From positions 768,001 to 832,000 of the forward strand of contig OZ242005.1 of the NCBI GenBank assembly GCA_965204725.1: a stretch of 64,000 nt of DNA, given 5' to 3'. Position 1 is the first letter of the stretch. Each line of letters opens with the position of its first letter. Below the pieces are notes generated by a model that saw only the letters and a list, made by a program, of their open reading frames with translations, was not told where the DNA came from and did not search any database. A program made the translations under genes and the position numbers. Source of the DNA: Candidatus Latescibacterota bacterium. GTDB taxonomy: Bacteria; Latescibacterota; UBA2968; UBA8231. Below, piece after piece: positions 1-9,058 of the stretch.

Positions 1-1
1 C

Positions 2-298
2 TTGGCACTGCCACGCGAGCTCTTCCTCGCGCCGAACTACCCCAATCCCTTTAACGCCAGCACCGCGATCCCCTTTGCCCTGCCCGAGGGAGGGCCTCAC
101 TTTGCCCAAATCGACATCTTCAATCTAATGGGTCAAAAGGTAGCTACGCCCTTTGCGGCGAATACGCCTCCGGGGCGGCACGTGGTCCACTGGAATAGCC
201 AGTCGGCAACCGGCGCGCCAGCCGCCAACGGCCTCTACATCTACCGCCTGCGGACGGATTCGGCCGAGCGTCACCGCGCCATGCTCCTCTTGCGCTAA
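2..298 (+). CDS. 3' end of a secreted protein with FlgD-Ig / T9SS type A-like C-terminal domain (partial)
   Basis: LAPNYPNPFNAST..IDIFNLMGQKV..W....ANGLYIYRL..MLLLR motif; 5' end lies outside the window. Confidence 0.85.
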   Translation: MALPRELFLAPNYPNPFNASTAIPFALPEGGPHFAQIDIFNLMGQKVATPFAANTPPGRHVVHWNSQSATGAPAANGLYIYRLRTDSAERHRAMLLLR

Positions 299-301
299 GC
301 C

Positions 302-1618
302 GTGCGCCCTCCCGACCCAACCCGCCTTGCGGCCGCGCGCCTGCTCCGCGACCTAGAGCGGCAAGCCCAGCCCTTCGACGAATTGGTACAAGCCCTCGAC
401 GCACGCTTGCCGACCAACCGCGACGCACGCTTCGCCCGTCAGCTCGTCCTCGGGGTGGTGCGGTGGCAGAAGCGGCTCGACTGGATCATCGCCACCTGCT
501 GCGCCCGCCCGGTCGCCCAACTCGCGCCTTGGGCCCGCCATATTTTGCGCCTCGGCACCTATCAGCTCTTCTGGCTCGACCGCGTCCCCCAGTCTGCGGC
601 GGTCCATACCTCGGTCGAGCTAGCCAAGCACTTGACGCACCAAGGCATCGCCTCACTCGTCAACGCCGTCCTCCGCAACTTGCTGCGGCAACGCGCCCCC
701 GTTTGCTACCCCGACCCGCACCAGACCCCGACGCGGTATCTCGCGGTCTATCACTCCCACCCCGAATGGCTGGTCAAGCGCTGGGTTGGCCGCTGGGGCC
801 GCGAAATCGCCGAGCGCGTACTCGTGGCCAACAACCAGCCGGCCGAACTCAACATCTACCTCAATCGGCTGCGCCCCAACCGCGCACTGGTCGCCGAACT
901 CGACTTGGTCCCGGTCGGGTCGAGACCGGGCTTTTATCGAGCGGCCAATGGCGCGGCGCTCTTCGCCTCCCGGGCCTACCAGCAGGGCCAATTTCAGGTT
1001 CAAGACCCCAACGCCGGCTTGGCCGTGGCCTTGCTCGACCCTCAGCCGGGCGAACGCCTACTCGATCTGTGTAGCGCACCCGGCGGCAAGGCGGTGCAAG
1101 CCGCCATCGCCATGGCAGACCGCGGCTGGGTCGTAGCCACCGACATTTCGCTGCCGCGACTCAAGCGGGTGCGCGAAAACGCCCGACGCCTGCGCCTGCA
1201 TGCCATCCGCCCAGTAGCCCGCGACGGCACGACCCCCGGGTGCGGTGTTTTCGACCGCGTCCTCGCCGATGTGCCCTGCAGTGCCACCGGCGTACTCGGG
1301 CGACGACCCGATGCCCGCTGGCGTCGCCAGCCGACCGAACTGGCAACCTTGACCGCCCGCCAACAGGTGCTCATCCAACGCGCTTACGAACACCTGCGGC
1401 CCGGCGGCGTCTTGGTGTATAGCACCTGTAGCTTGGAGGAAGAGGAAAACGAGGCCATTGTCGAGCGGTTCTTAAACCAGACCCCGACCGCTCGACTGGA
1501 GCGCGCCGATGCTCACTTCCCCGCCCAGCCTTATGCCGGCCGCTACGTCCTGACCATCCCGGGCCAACACGCCGGCGACGGCAGTTTTGCCGCACGCATC
1601 CGCAAGGTCGCATCGTGA
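302..1618 (+). CDS. rsmB: 16S rRNA m5C967 methyltransferase RsmB/Sun
   Basis: NusB-like N-terminus, SHPEWL, DLCSAPGGK, DVPCSATG, LVYSTCS. Confidence 0.93.
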   Translation: MRPPDPTRLAAARLLRDLERQAQPFDELVQALDARLPTNRDARFARQLVLGVVRWQKRLDWIIATCCARPVAQLAPWARHILRLGTYQLFWLDRVPQSAAVHTSVELAKHLTHQGIASLVNAVLRNLLRQRAPVCYPDPHQTPTRYLAVYHSHPEWLVKRWVGRWGREIAERVLVANNQPAELNIYLNRLRPNRALVAELDLVPVGSRPGFYRAANGAALFASRAYQQGQFQVQDPNAGLAVALLDPQPGERLLDLCSAPGGKAVQAAIAMADRGWVVATDISLPRLKRVRENARRLRLHAIRPVARDGTTPGCGVFDRVLADVPCSATGVLGRRPDARWRRQPTELATLTARQQVLIQRAYEHLRPGGVLVYSTCSLEEEENEAIVERFLNQTPTARLERADAHFPAQPYAGRYVLTIPGQHAGDGSFAARIRKVAS

Positions 1619-2388
1619 AAAACATCCTCCGCCAACTCGGCCTAGCTGCGGCCGGCGCGGTCCTCGCCGGCATCGTCGCCACCGTCCTGCTCGACGCGGT
1701 CATCATGCCGTACGTAGTCGATACGCCCAGCGTCCAAGTACCCGATCTCCAGGGCCTTTTCGCGCTCGAAGCATCCGCCCGCCTCAGCGAAGCAGGGCTG
1801 AAGATGACCATCGGCGATTCGCTGCACCACGAGACCATCTCGGCCGACGCGGTCGTCGATCAAGACCCAAGTGTGGGACAATGGGTCAAAAAGGGGCGGC
1901 GCATCGTCTTGAGCGTGAGCAAAGGGCCGCGCTACTCCGAAGTGCCCGACGTGCGCCGCGTCAGCCTCCGCGAGGCGCGTTTGCAACTAGAGGGAAACCA
2001 GCTCAAGAGCGGCCAAATCCTCTATCGCTCCTCAGAGACCCTGCCCGAGGGGGCCGTCGTTGAGCAGGCGCCCGCCCCGGGTGCTCGGCTCGCCCCCGGC
2101 AGCGCGGTTGACCTCCAAGTCAGCAACGGCCCCCCCACAGCCCGCAAGCGCGTTCCAAATCTAATCGGTCTGTCCATCAAAGTCGTGGCGGATACCTTGC
2201 GCAAATACGAAATGCGCATCGGCCACCTTGCCAAACACATCGACGAACAAAAACCCGTCGGCACGGTCCTCGATCAGGTGCCTAGGAGCGGGCAGCGCAT
2301 CCCGCGCCACAGCCGCATCGACCTCGTCGTCAGCGCCGCCGCACCGCCCCCAGCACCGGACGCCTTCGACAACTGGGAAGAACCATGA
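1615..2388 (+). CDS. PASTA-domain protein
   Basis: N-terminal TM helix, three VPD/N..G....A...L repeats; 4-bp overlaps with rsmB and rpe. Confidence 0.88.
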   Translation: MKNILRQLGLAAAGAVLAGIVATVLLDAVIMPYVVDTPSVQVPDLQGLFALEASARLSEAGLKMTIGDSLHHETISADAVVDQDPSVGQWVKKGRRIVLSVSKGPRYSEVPDVRRVSLREARLQLEGNQLKSGQILYRSSETLPEGAVVEQAPAPGARLAPGSAVDLQVSNGPPTARKRVPNLIGLSIKVVADTLRKYEMRIGHLAKHIDEQKPVGTVLDQVPRSGQRIPRHSRIDLVVSAAAPPPAPDAFDNWEEP

Positions 2389-3035
2389 ACGCCACGCGCA
2401 TCGGCCCTTCCCTCTTGGCGGCCGACTTTGCCCGCCTCGCCGAGGACATTGGCCGCGTCGAGCGCGGCGGAGCCGATTTTCTTCATCTCGACGTAATGGA
2501 CGGGCACTTCGTCCCCAACATTAGCTTTGGCCTACCGGTCGTCGCGGCCGTGCGCCAAACGACCCACCTAGAGCTCAACACGCACCTGATGTTGCAAAAC
2601 CCCTTGCCCTTTATCGGCCCCTTCAAAGAGGCCGGCGCGGACTCGCTCGTCGTCCACGTGGAAATCGAGGGCGACCTCCCGGCCGTCCTCGACGCCATTC
2701 GCCAGCACGGTCTCCAGTGCGGCCTCGCGGTCAATCCGAGGACGCCGGTCGCCGCCGCTTACCCCTATCTCGACGCGCTCGACTCGGTCTTGATCATGTC
2801 TGTGGAGCCGGGGTTTGGCGGCCAGACCTTTCAGCCGGCCGCCCTCGACAAAATCCGCGACCTGTGCGCGGAAATCGAGCGCCGTGGGCTAGACCTGCCC
2901 ATCGGCATCGACGGGGGGGTGCATCCCGGCAACGCGGCCGCCTGCCGCCGAGCCGGCGCCCGGTGCCTAGTGGCGGGTTCGGCCGTCTTTGGCGCTCGGG
3001 ATCCAGCCCGCATTATCGCCGCTCTGCGCGGCTGA
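2385..3035 (+). CDS. rpe: ribulose-phosphate 3-epimerase
   Basis: HLDVMDGHFVPNISFG, MSVEPGFGGQ, IDGG, VAGSAVF. Confidence 0.96.
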   Translation: MNATRIGPSLLAADFARLAEDIGRVERGGADFLHLDVMDGHFVPNISFGLPVVAAVRQTTHLELNTHLMLQNPLPFIGPFKEAGADSLVVHVEIEGDLPAVLDAIRQHGLQCGLAVNPRTPVAAAYPYLDALDSVLIMSVEPGFGGQTFQPAALDKIRDLCAEIERRGLDLPIGIDGGVHPGNAAACRRAGARCLVAGSAVFGARDPARIIAALRG

Positions 3036-3045
3036 CCCACTTCTG

Positions 3046-3074
3046 TTGCCATATCTATCATATTAACCTATATT
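3046..3074 (+). promoter_or_regulatory. putative sigma70 promoter of the ffh operon
   Basis: TTGCCA-17 bp-TATATT in an AT-rich intergenic region. Confidence 0.6.
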
Positions 3075-3123
3075 CCAACCTTTTTGTCGCATTCTACCTC
3101 TCGACGCATTGACGCATCGGCCC

Positions 3124-4458
3124 ATGTTTGACCGACTCAGCGAACGCTTTGACAACCTCTTCCGCTCGCTTCGCGGGCAGGGGCGCATCACCGAGCGCAA
3201 CATCGACGATACGCTGCGCCAGATTCGCCGCTCGCTACTCGAAGCCGATGTCAACTTCAAGGTCGCCAAGGACTTTATTCAGCGGGTCAAAGAGCAGGCT
3301 CTCGGCCAAAACGTCCTCAAGAGCCTGACCCCAGGCCAGCAACTCGTCAAAATCGTCCACCGCGAGCTCGTCTCCTTACTCGGCGGCAGCCACAGCCCGC
3401 CCAACCTCGCCGCCCACCCGCCCACCGTCGTCATGCTCGTCGGCCTGCAGGGCTGTGGCAAGACGACCATGGCCGCCAAGCTAGCCCGCCAGTTCAAGGA
3501 AAGAGACCGGCCCCCGCTGTTGATCGCCGCCGACGTGTATCGCCCAGCCGCCATCGCCCAGCTTCAGTCGCTGGGTGCCTCCATCGATGTGCCCGTCTTT
3601 AGCCAGCCTACGGGCACCGATCCGGTCGCCATCTGCCGCCACGGCATCGACCACGCCCGCCAGACCCACCGCAGCATCGCGCTCATAGACACGGCGGGCC
3701 GCCTGAGCATCGATGAGAACATGATGGACGAGCTAGACCGCATCCGGCAGGCCGTTGAGCCGCACGAGATCCTCTTTGTCGCCGACAGCATGCAGGGTCA
3801 AGACGCCGTAGAAACCGCCGCCCGCTTTAACCAGTGCCTCGCGTTTACCGGCTGCGTCCTGACCAAGCTCGACAGCGACGCCCGCGGTGGGGCCGCGCTG
3901 TCAATCCGCGCCGTCACGGGCCGGCCGATCAAATTCGTCGGCATTGGCGAGAAAATCGAAGACTTAGAGTCCTTTCACCCCGACCGCATGGCCTCGCGCA
4001 TCCTCGGCATGGGCGACATCGTCTCGCTCGTGGAAAGGGCCGAGCAGTCCATGGAGCGCGACAAGGCCCAACAGCTCGAAGAAAAGCTCCGCCGGGCCTC
4101 TTTCACTTTTGAGGATTTTCTCTCGCAGTTGCACGCCGTCCGCCGCATGGGGCCTCTCGACCAGCTCATGGGCATGATTCCCGGGGCCAGCAAGGCCCCC
4201 AAGGACATGCAGCTCGACGAAAGCGCGTTTGCCCAAGTCGAGGCCATTATCAACTCCATGACCCGCCAAGAGCGCGTCCAACCCAAAATCCTCAATGGCA
4301 GCCGCCGCAAGCGCATCGCCCGCGGCAGCGGTACGACGGTCCAAGACGTGAACCAGCTAGTCAAGCAATTTTTTATGATGCAGAAAATGATCAGACAGAT
4401 GGGCCGCACCAAAGGCAAAGGCGGCCGCGCAAAAATGAGAATGCCCCTCGTGGGCTAG
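3124..4458 (+). CDS. ffh: signal recognition particle protein Ffh
   Basis: GLQGCGKTT, DTAGR, TKLDSDARGGAALS, Met-rich M domain; start chosen at ATG 3124. Confidence 0.97.
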   Translation: MFDRLSERFDNLFRSLRGQGRITERNIDDTLRQIRRSLLEADVNFKVAKDFIQRVKEQALGQNVLKSLTPGQQLVKIVHRELVSLLGGSHSPPNLAAHPPTVVMLVGLQGCGKTTMAAKLARQFKERDRPPLLIAADVYRPAAIAQLQSLGASIDVPVFSQPTGTDPVAICRHGIDHARQTHRSIALIDTAGRLSIDENMMDELDRIRQAVEPHEILFVADSMQGQDAVETAARFNQCLAFTGCVLTKLDSDARGGAALSIRAVTGRPIKFVGIGEKIEDLESFHPDRMASRILGMGDIVSLVERAEQSMERDKAQQLEEKLRRASFTFEDFLSQLHAVRRMGPLDQLMGMIPGASKAPKDMQLDESAFAQVEAIINSMTRQERVQPKILNGSRRKRIARGSGTTVQDVNQLVKQFFMMQKMIRQMGRTKGKGGRAKMRMPLVG

Positions 4459-4483
4459 GCATCCAAGTCCAAGGAGAATAGCA

Positions 4484-4834
4484 TTGGTCAAACTTCGCCT
4501 GAAGAGAATAGGCAAACGCAAACAGCCCTACTACCGGATCGTCGCGGCCCACGTTAGCGTCGCCCGCAACGGCCGCGCCCTCGCCAAGGTGGGCCTTTAC
4601 GACCCCCTGCATGCGAAAGTCACCATCGACGAAGAGCGCGCCATAGAGTGGCTCAACAAAGGCGCGCAGATGACCGAGACCGTCGCCGACCTCTTCCACA
4701 GCCAAGGGATACTGGCCCGCTGGAAGGGCGGAGAGGGCCGGGTGCGCGACGATGCCCTCACCCGCGACAAGCCCAAGCGCCGACGCAAGCAAGCGGCAGC
4801 GGCACCCATCGAACCCGCCGAGCAAGAAGCCTAA
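4484..4834 (+). CDS. rpsP: 30S ribosomal protein S16
   Basis: VKLRLKRIGKRKQPYYRIVAA; AGGAG RBS; position after ffh. Confidence 0.95.
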   Translation: MVKLRLKRIGKRKQPYYRIVAAHVSVARNGRALAKVGLYDPLHAKVTIDEERAIEWLNKGAQMTETVADLFHSQGILARWKGGEGRVRDDALTRDKPKRRRKQAAAAPIEPAEQEA

Positions 4835-4844
4835 GAGCCACCGC

Positions 4845-5345
4845 ATGCGCGTCGCCGTAGCCTATATCTCCCGCCCGTGGGGAGTGCGCGGCGAAGTCCG
4901 GGCCGAGGCGCTGACGCACCGCGTCGCTCGCTTCAGCGACCTGCGGGAGGTCGTCCTCCAATGCGCGGACCGACCCGACCGGCCGCTCGAACTGGAGCGC
5001 TGGCGCACCGACGCCAAGAGCTTGTTGCTCAAATTCGCTGGCATTGACGCCCCCGAACCGGCGCGTTCCATCTTGGTCGGGGGTTATGTAACCATCGCCC
5101 CAGATCAGCGCGATCGTCTGCCGGAAGGTACGCACTACATCGACGATATAGTAGATTGCACGGTCGTCAGTTTGGCCGGGCAACCCTTGGGGCGCGTCGT
5201 CGAGGTCGTATCCATGCCGACTACAGACGCCTACGTGGTCCGCGGCGGCCAAGGCGAAGCCCTCGTGCCGGCCGTCGGCGACTTTGTCGTGGAAATCGCG
5301 CCGGGTCGGGTCGTCGTACAGGGCGTTGAAGAGTTGTTTGGGTGA
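4845..5345 (+). CDS. rimM: ribosome maturation factor RimM
   Basis: I.RPWGVRGEV, PRC-barrel-like C-terminus; between rpsP and trmD. Confidence 0.92.
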   Translation: MRVAVAYISRPWGVRGEVRAEALTHRVARFSDLREVVLQCADRPDRPLELERWRTDAKSLLLKFAGIDAPEPARSILVGGYVTIAPDQRDRLPEGTHYIDDIVDCTVVSLAGQPLGRVVEVVSMPTTDAYVVRGGQGEALVPAVGDFVVEIAPGRVVVQGVEELFG

Positions 5346-5348
5346 GCC

Positions 5349-6089
5349 ATGAAAATAGACATTGTAACGCTCTTTCCCGATTTTTTCGCCTCGCCGTTGG
5401 CGACCAGCCTGATGGCTCGCGCCGTGGACCGCGGCCTACTCGCCATCGAAACCCACAATCCGCGCGATTGCACGACCAACAAACACCGCACCGTGGATGA
5501 CGCCCCGTACGGCGGCGGCGGCGGCATGGTCCTCAAGCCCGAGCCCGTGTACCAGCTTTGGCAGGAGCGGGGTTTAGCGGCCGGTCGCTGCATCTATCTG
5601 ACGGCCGACGGCCAGCCCCTCAACCAAGCCCTCGCCATTGAGCTGGCACTTGAGGAGCGATTGGTGCTGTTGTGCGGGCATTACAAAGGAGTCGATGAGC
5701 GAATTCGCACCGGGCTTATCGACCAAGAAATCTCGATCGGCGACTATGTGCTCACTGGCGGCGAGCCGGCCGCCCTGGTCCTCATCGACTCGGTAGTCCG
5801 GCTCATACCCAACGTCTTAGGCAATTTTTCTTCGGCCTTGGACGACTCATTCCAAGAGGTCGTCCTCGATTGCCCTTGGTACACTCGGCCGGTTGAATTT
5901 CGCGGCCAGCGCGTGCCCGACGCGCTGCTTTCGGGCGATCACGCGCACATAGCACACTGGCGGCGACGCCAAGCCCTGCGGCGCACGTTTGTGCGCCGGC
6001 CCGACTTGCTGCAACAAATCGAACTCGACGAAGAAGAACGACAACTCATCGCCATTTGGCAGGAGCAAGGGCTGGAAGAAGCCCCGTAA
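5349..6089 (+). CDS. trmD: tRNA (guanine37-N1)-methyltransferase
   Basis: VDDAPYGGGGGMVLKPEP, SIGDYVLTGGE. Confidence 0.97.
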   Translation: MKIDIVTLFPDFFASPLATSLMARAVDRGLLAIETHNPRDCTTNKHRTVDDAPYGGGGGMVLKPEPVYQLWQERGLAAGRCIYLTADGQPLNQALAIELALEERLVLLCGHYKGVDERIRTGLIDQEISIGDYVLTGGEPAALVLIDSVVRLIPNVLGNFSSALDDSFQEVVLDCPWYTRPVEFRGQRVPDALLSGDHAHIAHWRRRQALRRTFVRRPDLLQQIELDEEERQLIAIWQEQGLEEAP

Positions 6090-6105
6090 CAAACAAGGTG
6101 ATACA

Positions 6106-6459
6106 ATGGACGCAAGTATCCTGCGCGAACTAACCTCAGACCAGCTCAAAACCGATCTTCCCGAATTCGGCGCGGGCGACACCGTGCGGATACACGTGCG
6201 GGTCATCGAAGGCGACAAGGAGCGCACCCAGATCTTTGAAGGGACCGTCATCCAGCGCAAAGGCAGCGGCATCCAAGAGACCTTTACCGTGCGCAAAATA
6301 TCGCAGGGCATTGCCATCGAGCGCATCTTTCCCATGCACTCGCCGCGCATCACCCAGATCGAGCGTACGCGCGAGGGCCGGGTGCGCCGCGCCCGCCTCT
6401 TTTATCTACGCGGTCGCAAAGGGCGCGCCGCCCGCATCCCCGCCAAGCGACCGCGCTAA
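6106..6459 (+). CDS. rplS: 50S ribosomal protein L19
   Basis: FGAGDTVRIHVRVIEGDKERTQIFEG, VRRARLFYLR. Confidence 0.97.
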   Translation: MDASILRELTSDQLKTDLPEFGAGDTVRIHVRVIEGDKERTQIFEGTVIQRKGSGIQETFTVRKISQGIAIERIFPMHSPRITQIERTREGRVRRARLFYLRGRKGRAARIPAKRPR

Positions 6460-6461
6460 AC

Positions 6462-6689
6462 ATGGCCCAACGCAGCGACTTGCCCTTTACGCGCAAAAAC
6501 TGGTCCTTGGCCATCGCCGGCTTAGCCGTGATCTTGCTCGGCTATGCGTTTTTGCGCATCCCACCGGCCGAGGGCTTCTTCTCCCTCACCCTCGCCCCAG
6601 TGCTCCTAGTCGTCGGCTATTGCGTGTTGATTCCCATGGCGATCTTGGTCCGGGACCGGAAACCGAAGGGCGACGAGTCCGACCCATAG
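6462..6689 (+). CDS. small two-TM membrane protein (DUF3098-like)
   Basis: LPFTRKNW...SLTLAPVLLVVGY pattern. Confidence 0.7.
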   Translation: MAQRSDLPFTRKNWSLAIAGLAVILLGYAFLRIPPAEGFFSLTLAPVLLVVGYCVLIPMAILVRDRKPKGDESDP

Positions 6690-6731
6690 AACCTCGCGCT
6701 GAGTCCAAGCCAACCCGCCCGGAGCCTGCCC

Positions 6732-7565
6732 ATGACCAGCCCCCAACCCATCCGCGCCGACTACGCCCCCGATCTGTACCGCTACGACACCGAGGCCCAG
6801 CAGGTCCCCCGTTTCGCCGACATCGGCCCCGAGCAGCTAGCCTTCTTCCACCAGCAGGGCTACCTAGCGATAGCCGAGGCGTTTTCTCCGGCCCAAGTCG
6901 CCGACGCGGGCGACGCAGTGTACGACCTGATCGACGGAAAACAGCCCGAATTTCGCGGCGTCCAGCTCGAAGCCGCGGCGCAGGGCCAAAAGCTAACGGG
7001 CGCGGGGCGGCGCGGGGCCGTGCGCAAACTCATGAAATTCGTCGAGTGGGACGAGCGCTTTCAGCCGCTGGCCGCCAGTCCAGAGCTTTTGGCCCTCCTC
7101 GCCCGCCTGATGGGCGACGCGCCGGTTCTCTTTCAAGAGATGGCCTTGCTCAAGCCGCCTAGGGGCCGCGAAAAGCCTTGGCACCAAGACTGCGCGTACT
7201 TCAACTATCCGCTGGGCACTCCCATCATCGGCGTCTGGATCGCCTTAGACCACGCGGGCTTAGACAACGGCTGCCTGCACATCCTGCCCGGTACGCACCG
7301 CGAGGGGCCAGTCAATCACTTCAAGCGCCGCGATTGGCAGATCTGCGACGCGGAGGTCCAGACCGAGCGCGACGTCGTCGTGCCCCTCGCCCCGGGCGGT
7401 TGCCTGCTCTGGCACGGCATGACCCACCACGGCAGCCCGACCAACCCCTCGCAAAAAATGCGCCGCGCCCTACAGTTCCACTACCGACCCGCCAGTACCG
7501 GCCAGATCGACACCGAGGAGCGCATGCAGCACTTCGGCGGCGAAGTCCGCGGCGCCGAGTGCTGA
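6732..7565 (+). CDS. phytanoyl-CoA dioxygenase (PhyH) family protein
   Basis: KPWHQD, WIALD..DNGCL...PGTH, HHGS..N.S...RRA. Confidence 0.9.
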   Translation: MTSPQPIRADYAPDLYRYDTEAQQVPRFADIGPEQLAFFHQQGYLAIAEAFSPAQVADAGDAVYDLIDGKQPEFRGVQLEAAAQGQKLTGAGRRGAVRKLMKFVEWDERFQPLAASPELLALLARLMGDAPVLFQEMALLKPPRGREKPWHQDCAYFNYPLGTPIIGVWIALDHAGLDNGCLHILPGTHREGPVNHFKRRDWQICDAEVQTERDVVVPLAPGGCLLWHGMTHHGSPTNPSQKMRRALQFHYRPASTGQIDTEERMQHFGGEVRGAEC

Positions 7566-7621
7566 ACGCCACTTCGCCCGGACCTTCATAGCCTCAGCAG
7601 CATTTGAGGAGGGCAAATCCG

Positions 7622-8863
7622 ATGCAATTCATCCAACGCCTTCGCATGGGCGGCGTGCTGTCGTTTCCGCCCGATATGGACTTCTTTGAACTGCAACCAT
7701 TGAACGTCCTTATCGGCCCAAACTCCTCGGGAAAATCGAACTTCATCGAGGTACTGGAACTCTTGCGCGCCACGCCGACGGACTTCGCTGCTGCAATTCG
7801 GGATGGCGGCGGCGCGGAGGAGTGGGTGTGGAAGGGTGATTATGTCGACCAGATGATTGAAGAAGTAATGAAGGGCAGAGACCCAGAAGATGTGGTGGCC
7901 TCGCGTCCCAAGGCCCCAACCATAGAAGTCGAAACCAGTCTGGTTCCGGTAATTGACCAACCATTGCGGTATAGTCTGTCGTTTACCAATACCGGCCCCC
8001 GGCTCAAGATCATCGACGAGGCGGTCGAGGAAGCGACTCCTCAGAGAACTGAGCCGTACTTCTACTACACGTTCCAACAAGGACGCCCAGCGATTTACAT
8101 TCGCGTCCGAACACTGGGTGGACGAATTGAGAAACGCAAATTGCAGTGGGACGAACGCTCACCCGATCAATCCGTTCTTTCCCAGCGCAAGGATCGCGAC
8201 CTCTATCCCGAGCTCTATTGGCTTGGGCGGCAGTTCCAGTCAATCCAGATGTTCCGCGAGTGGACATTTGGCCGTTACGGTGCCCTGCGACAGCCGCAAC
8301 GCGCCGATCTGCCGGAGCACTGGCTGCTTCCCGACTCCAGCAATCTCGCGCTGGTACTCAATCAGATCGAGCACAAGTCTGGACCGATATTCAATCAGTA
8401 TCTGCAACGTTTCTTTCCCCGGTTTGAGCGCATGTCCACCTCAATCTCGGGCGGCACTGTACAGTTTTACCTGCACGAATCCGGCTTCCGTACCCCGATC
8501 CCCGCAACCCGGCTATCCGACGGCACCATCCGCTTCATCGCGCTATTAGCTACGCTGCTAACCCCGGAGCCGCCGCCGTTGGTTTGCATTGAGGAGCCGG
8601 AACTCGGATTGCATCCCGACGCCGTCGCACTACTCGCCGATCTACTCGTCGAAGCCTCCCAACGGATGCAACTCGTGATCACGACGCATTCCGACGCCCT
8701 TGTGTCGGCACTGACCAATCAGCCAGCCGCCATCGTCGCCTGCGAGCGGCCGGGCATCGGCACTGTGTTGCGCCGCCTCGATCCCGAAAAGCTCGCCCAT
8801 TGGCTGAACGATTATCTCCTCGGCGATCTGTGGCGGATGGGCGAGCTTGGGGCCAATCCGTGA
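7622..8863 (+). CDS. AAA/ABC-type ATPase (AAA_21-like), partner of DUF4276
   Basis: Walker A GPNSSGKS, LSDGT signature, Walker B IEEPELGLHP, ITTHS; GAGGAG RBS. Confidence 0.88.
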   Translation: MQFIQRLRMGGVLSFPPDMDFFELQPLNVLIGPNSSGKSNFIEVLELLRATPTDFAAAIRDGGGAEEWVWKGDYVDQMIEEVMKGRDPEDVVASRPKAPTIEVETSLVPVIDQPLRYSLSFTNTGPRLKIIDEAVEEATPQRTEPYFYYTFQQGRPAIYIRVRTLGGRIEKRKLQWDERSPDQSVLSQRKDRDLYPELYWLGRQFQSIQMFREWTFGRYGALRQPQRADLPEHWLLPDSSNLALVLNQIEHKSGPIFNQYLQRFFPRFERMSTSISGGTVQFYLHESGFRTPIPATRLSDGTIRFIALLATLLTPEPPPLVCIEEPELGLHPDAVALLADLLVEASQRMQLVITTHSDALVSALTNQPAAIVACERPGIGTVLRRLDPEKLAHWLNDYLLGDLWRMGELGANP

Positions 8864-8937
8864 GGGGCATCGCCATCTACATGGAAGGCGGCGGTAAAGG
8901 CCACTCAACCAAGGCCGCTCTTCGCCAAGGCTCATAA
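8860..8937 (+). pseudogene. 5' fragment of a DUF4276-family gene
   Basis: GTGA overlap with the ATPase stop; MRGIAIYMEGGGKGHSTKAALRQG then a stop at the insertion junction. Confidence 0.75.
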
Positions 8938-9058
8938 ATCATTCACGGAAATTCATTCACGGAGGTCGATGAAAGCACGTGGAGTTATTCACACGTTTCG
9001 AGGGGCTTAGGGGTCGTTTTGTGGCTATTGGGCTAAAAATCTAACGAGGGGGTTTCGG

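Noticed and set aside
4834-4845. No KH-domain gene between rpsP and rimM
   Set aside because: Common lineage-level variation; not informative.
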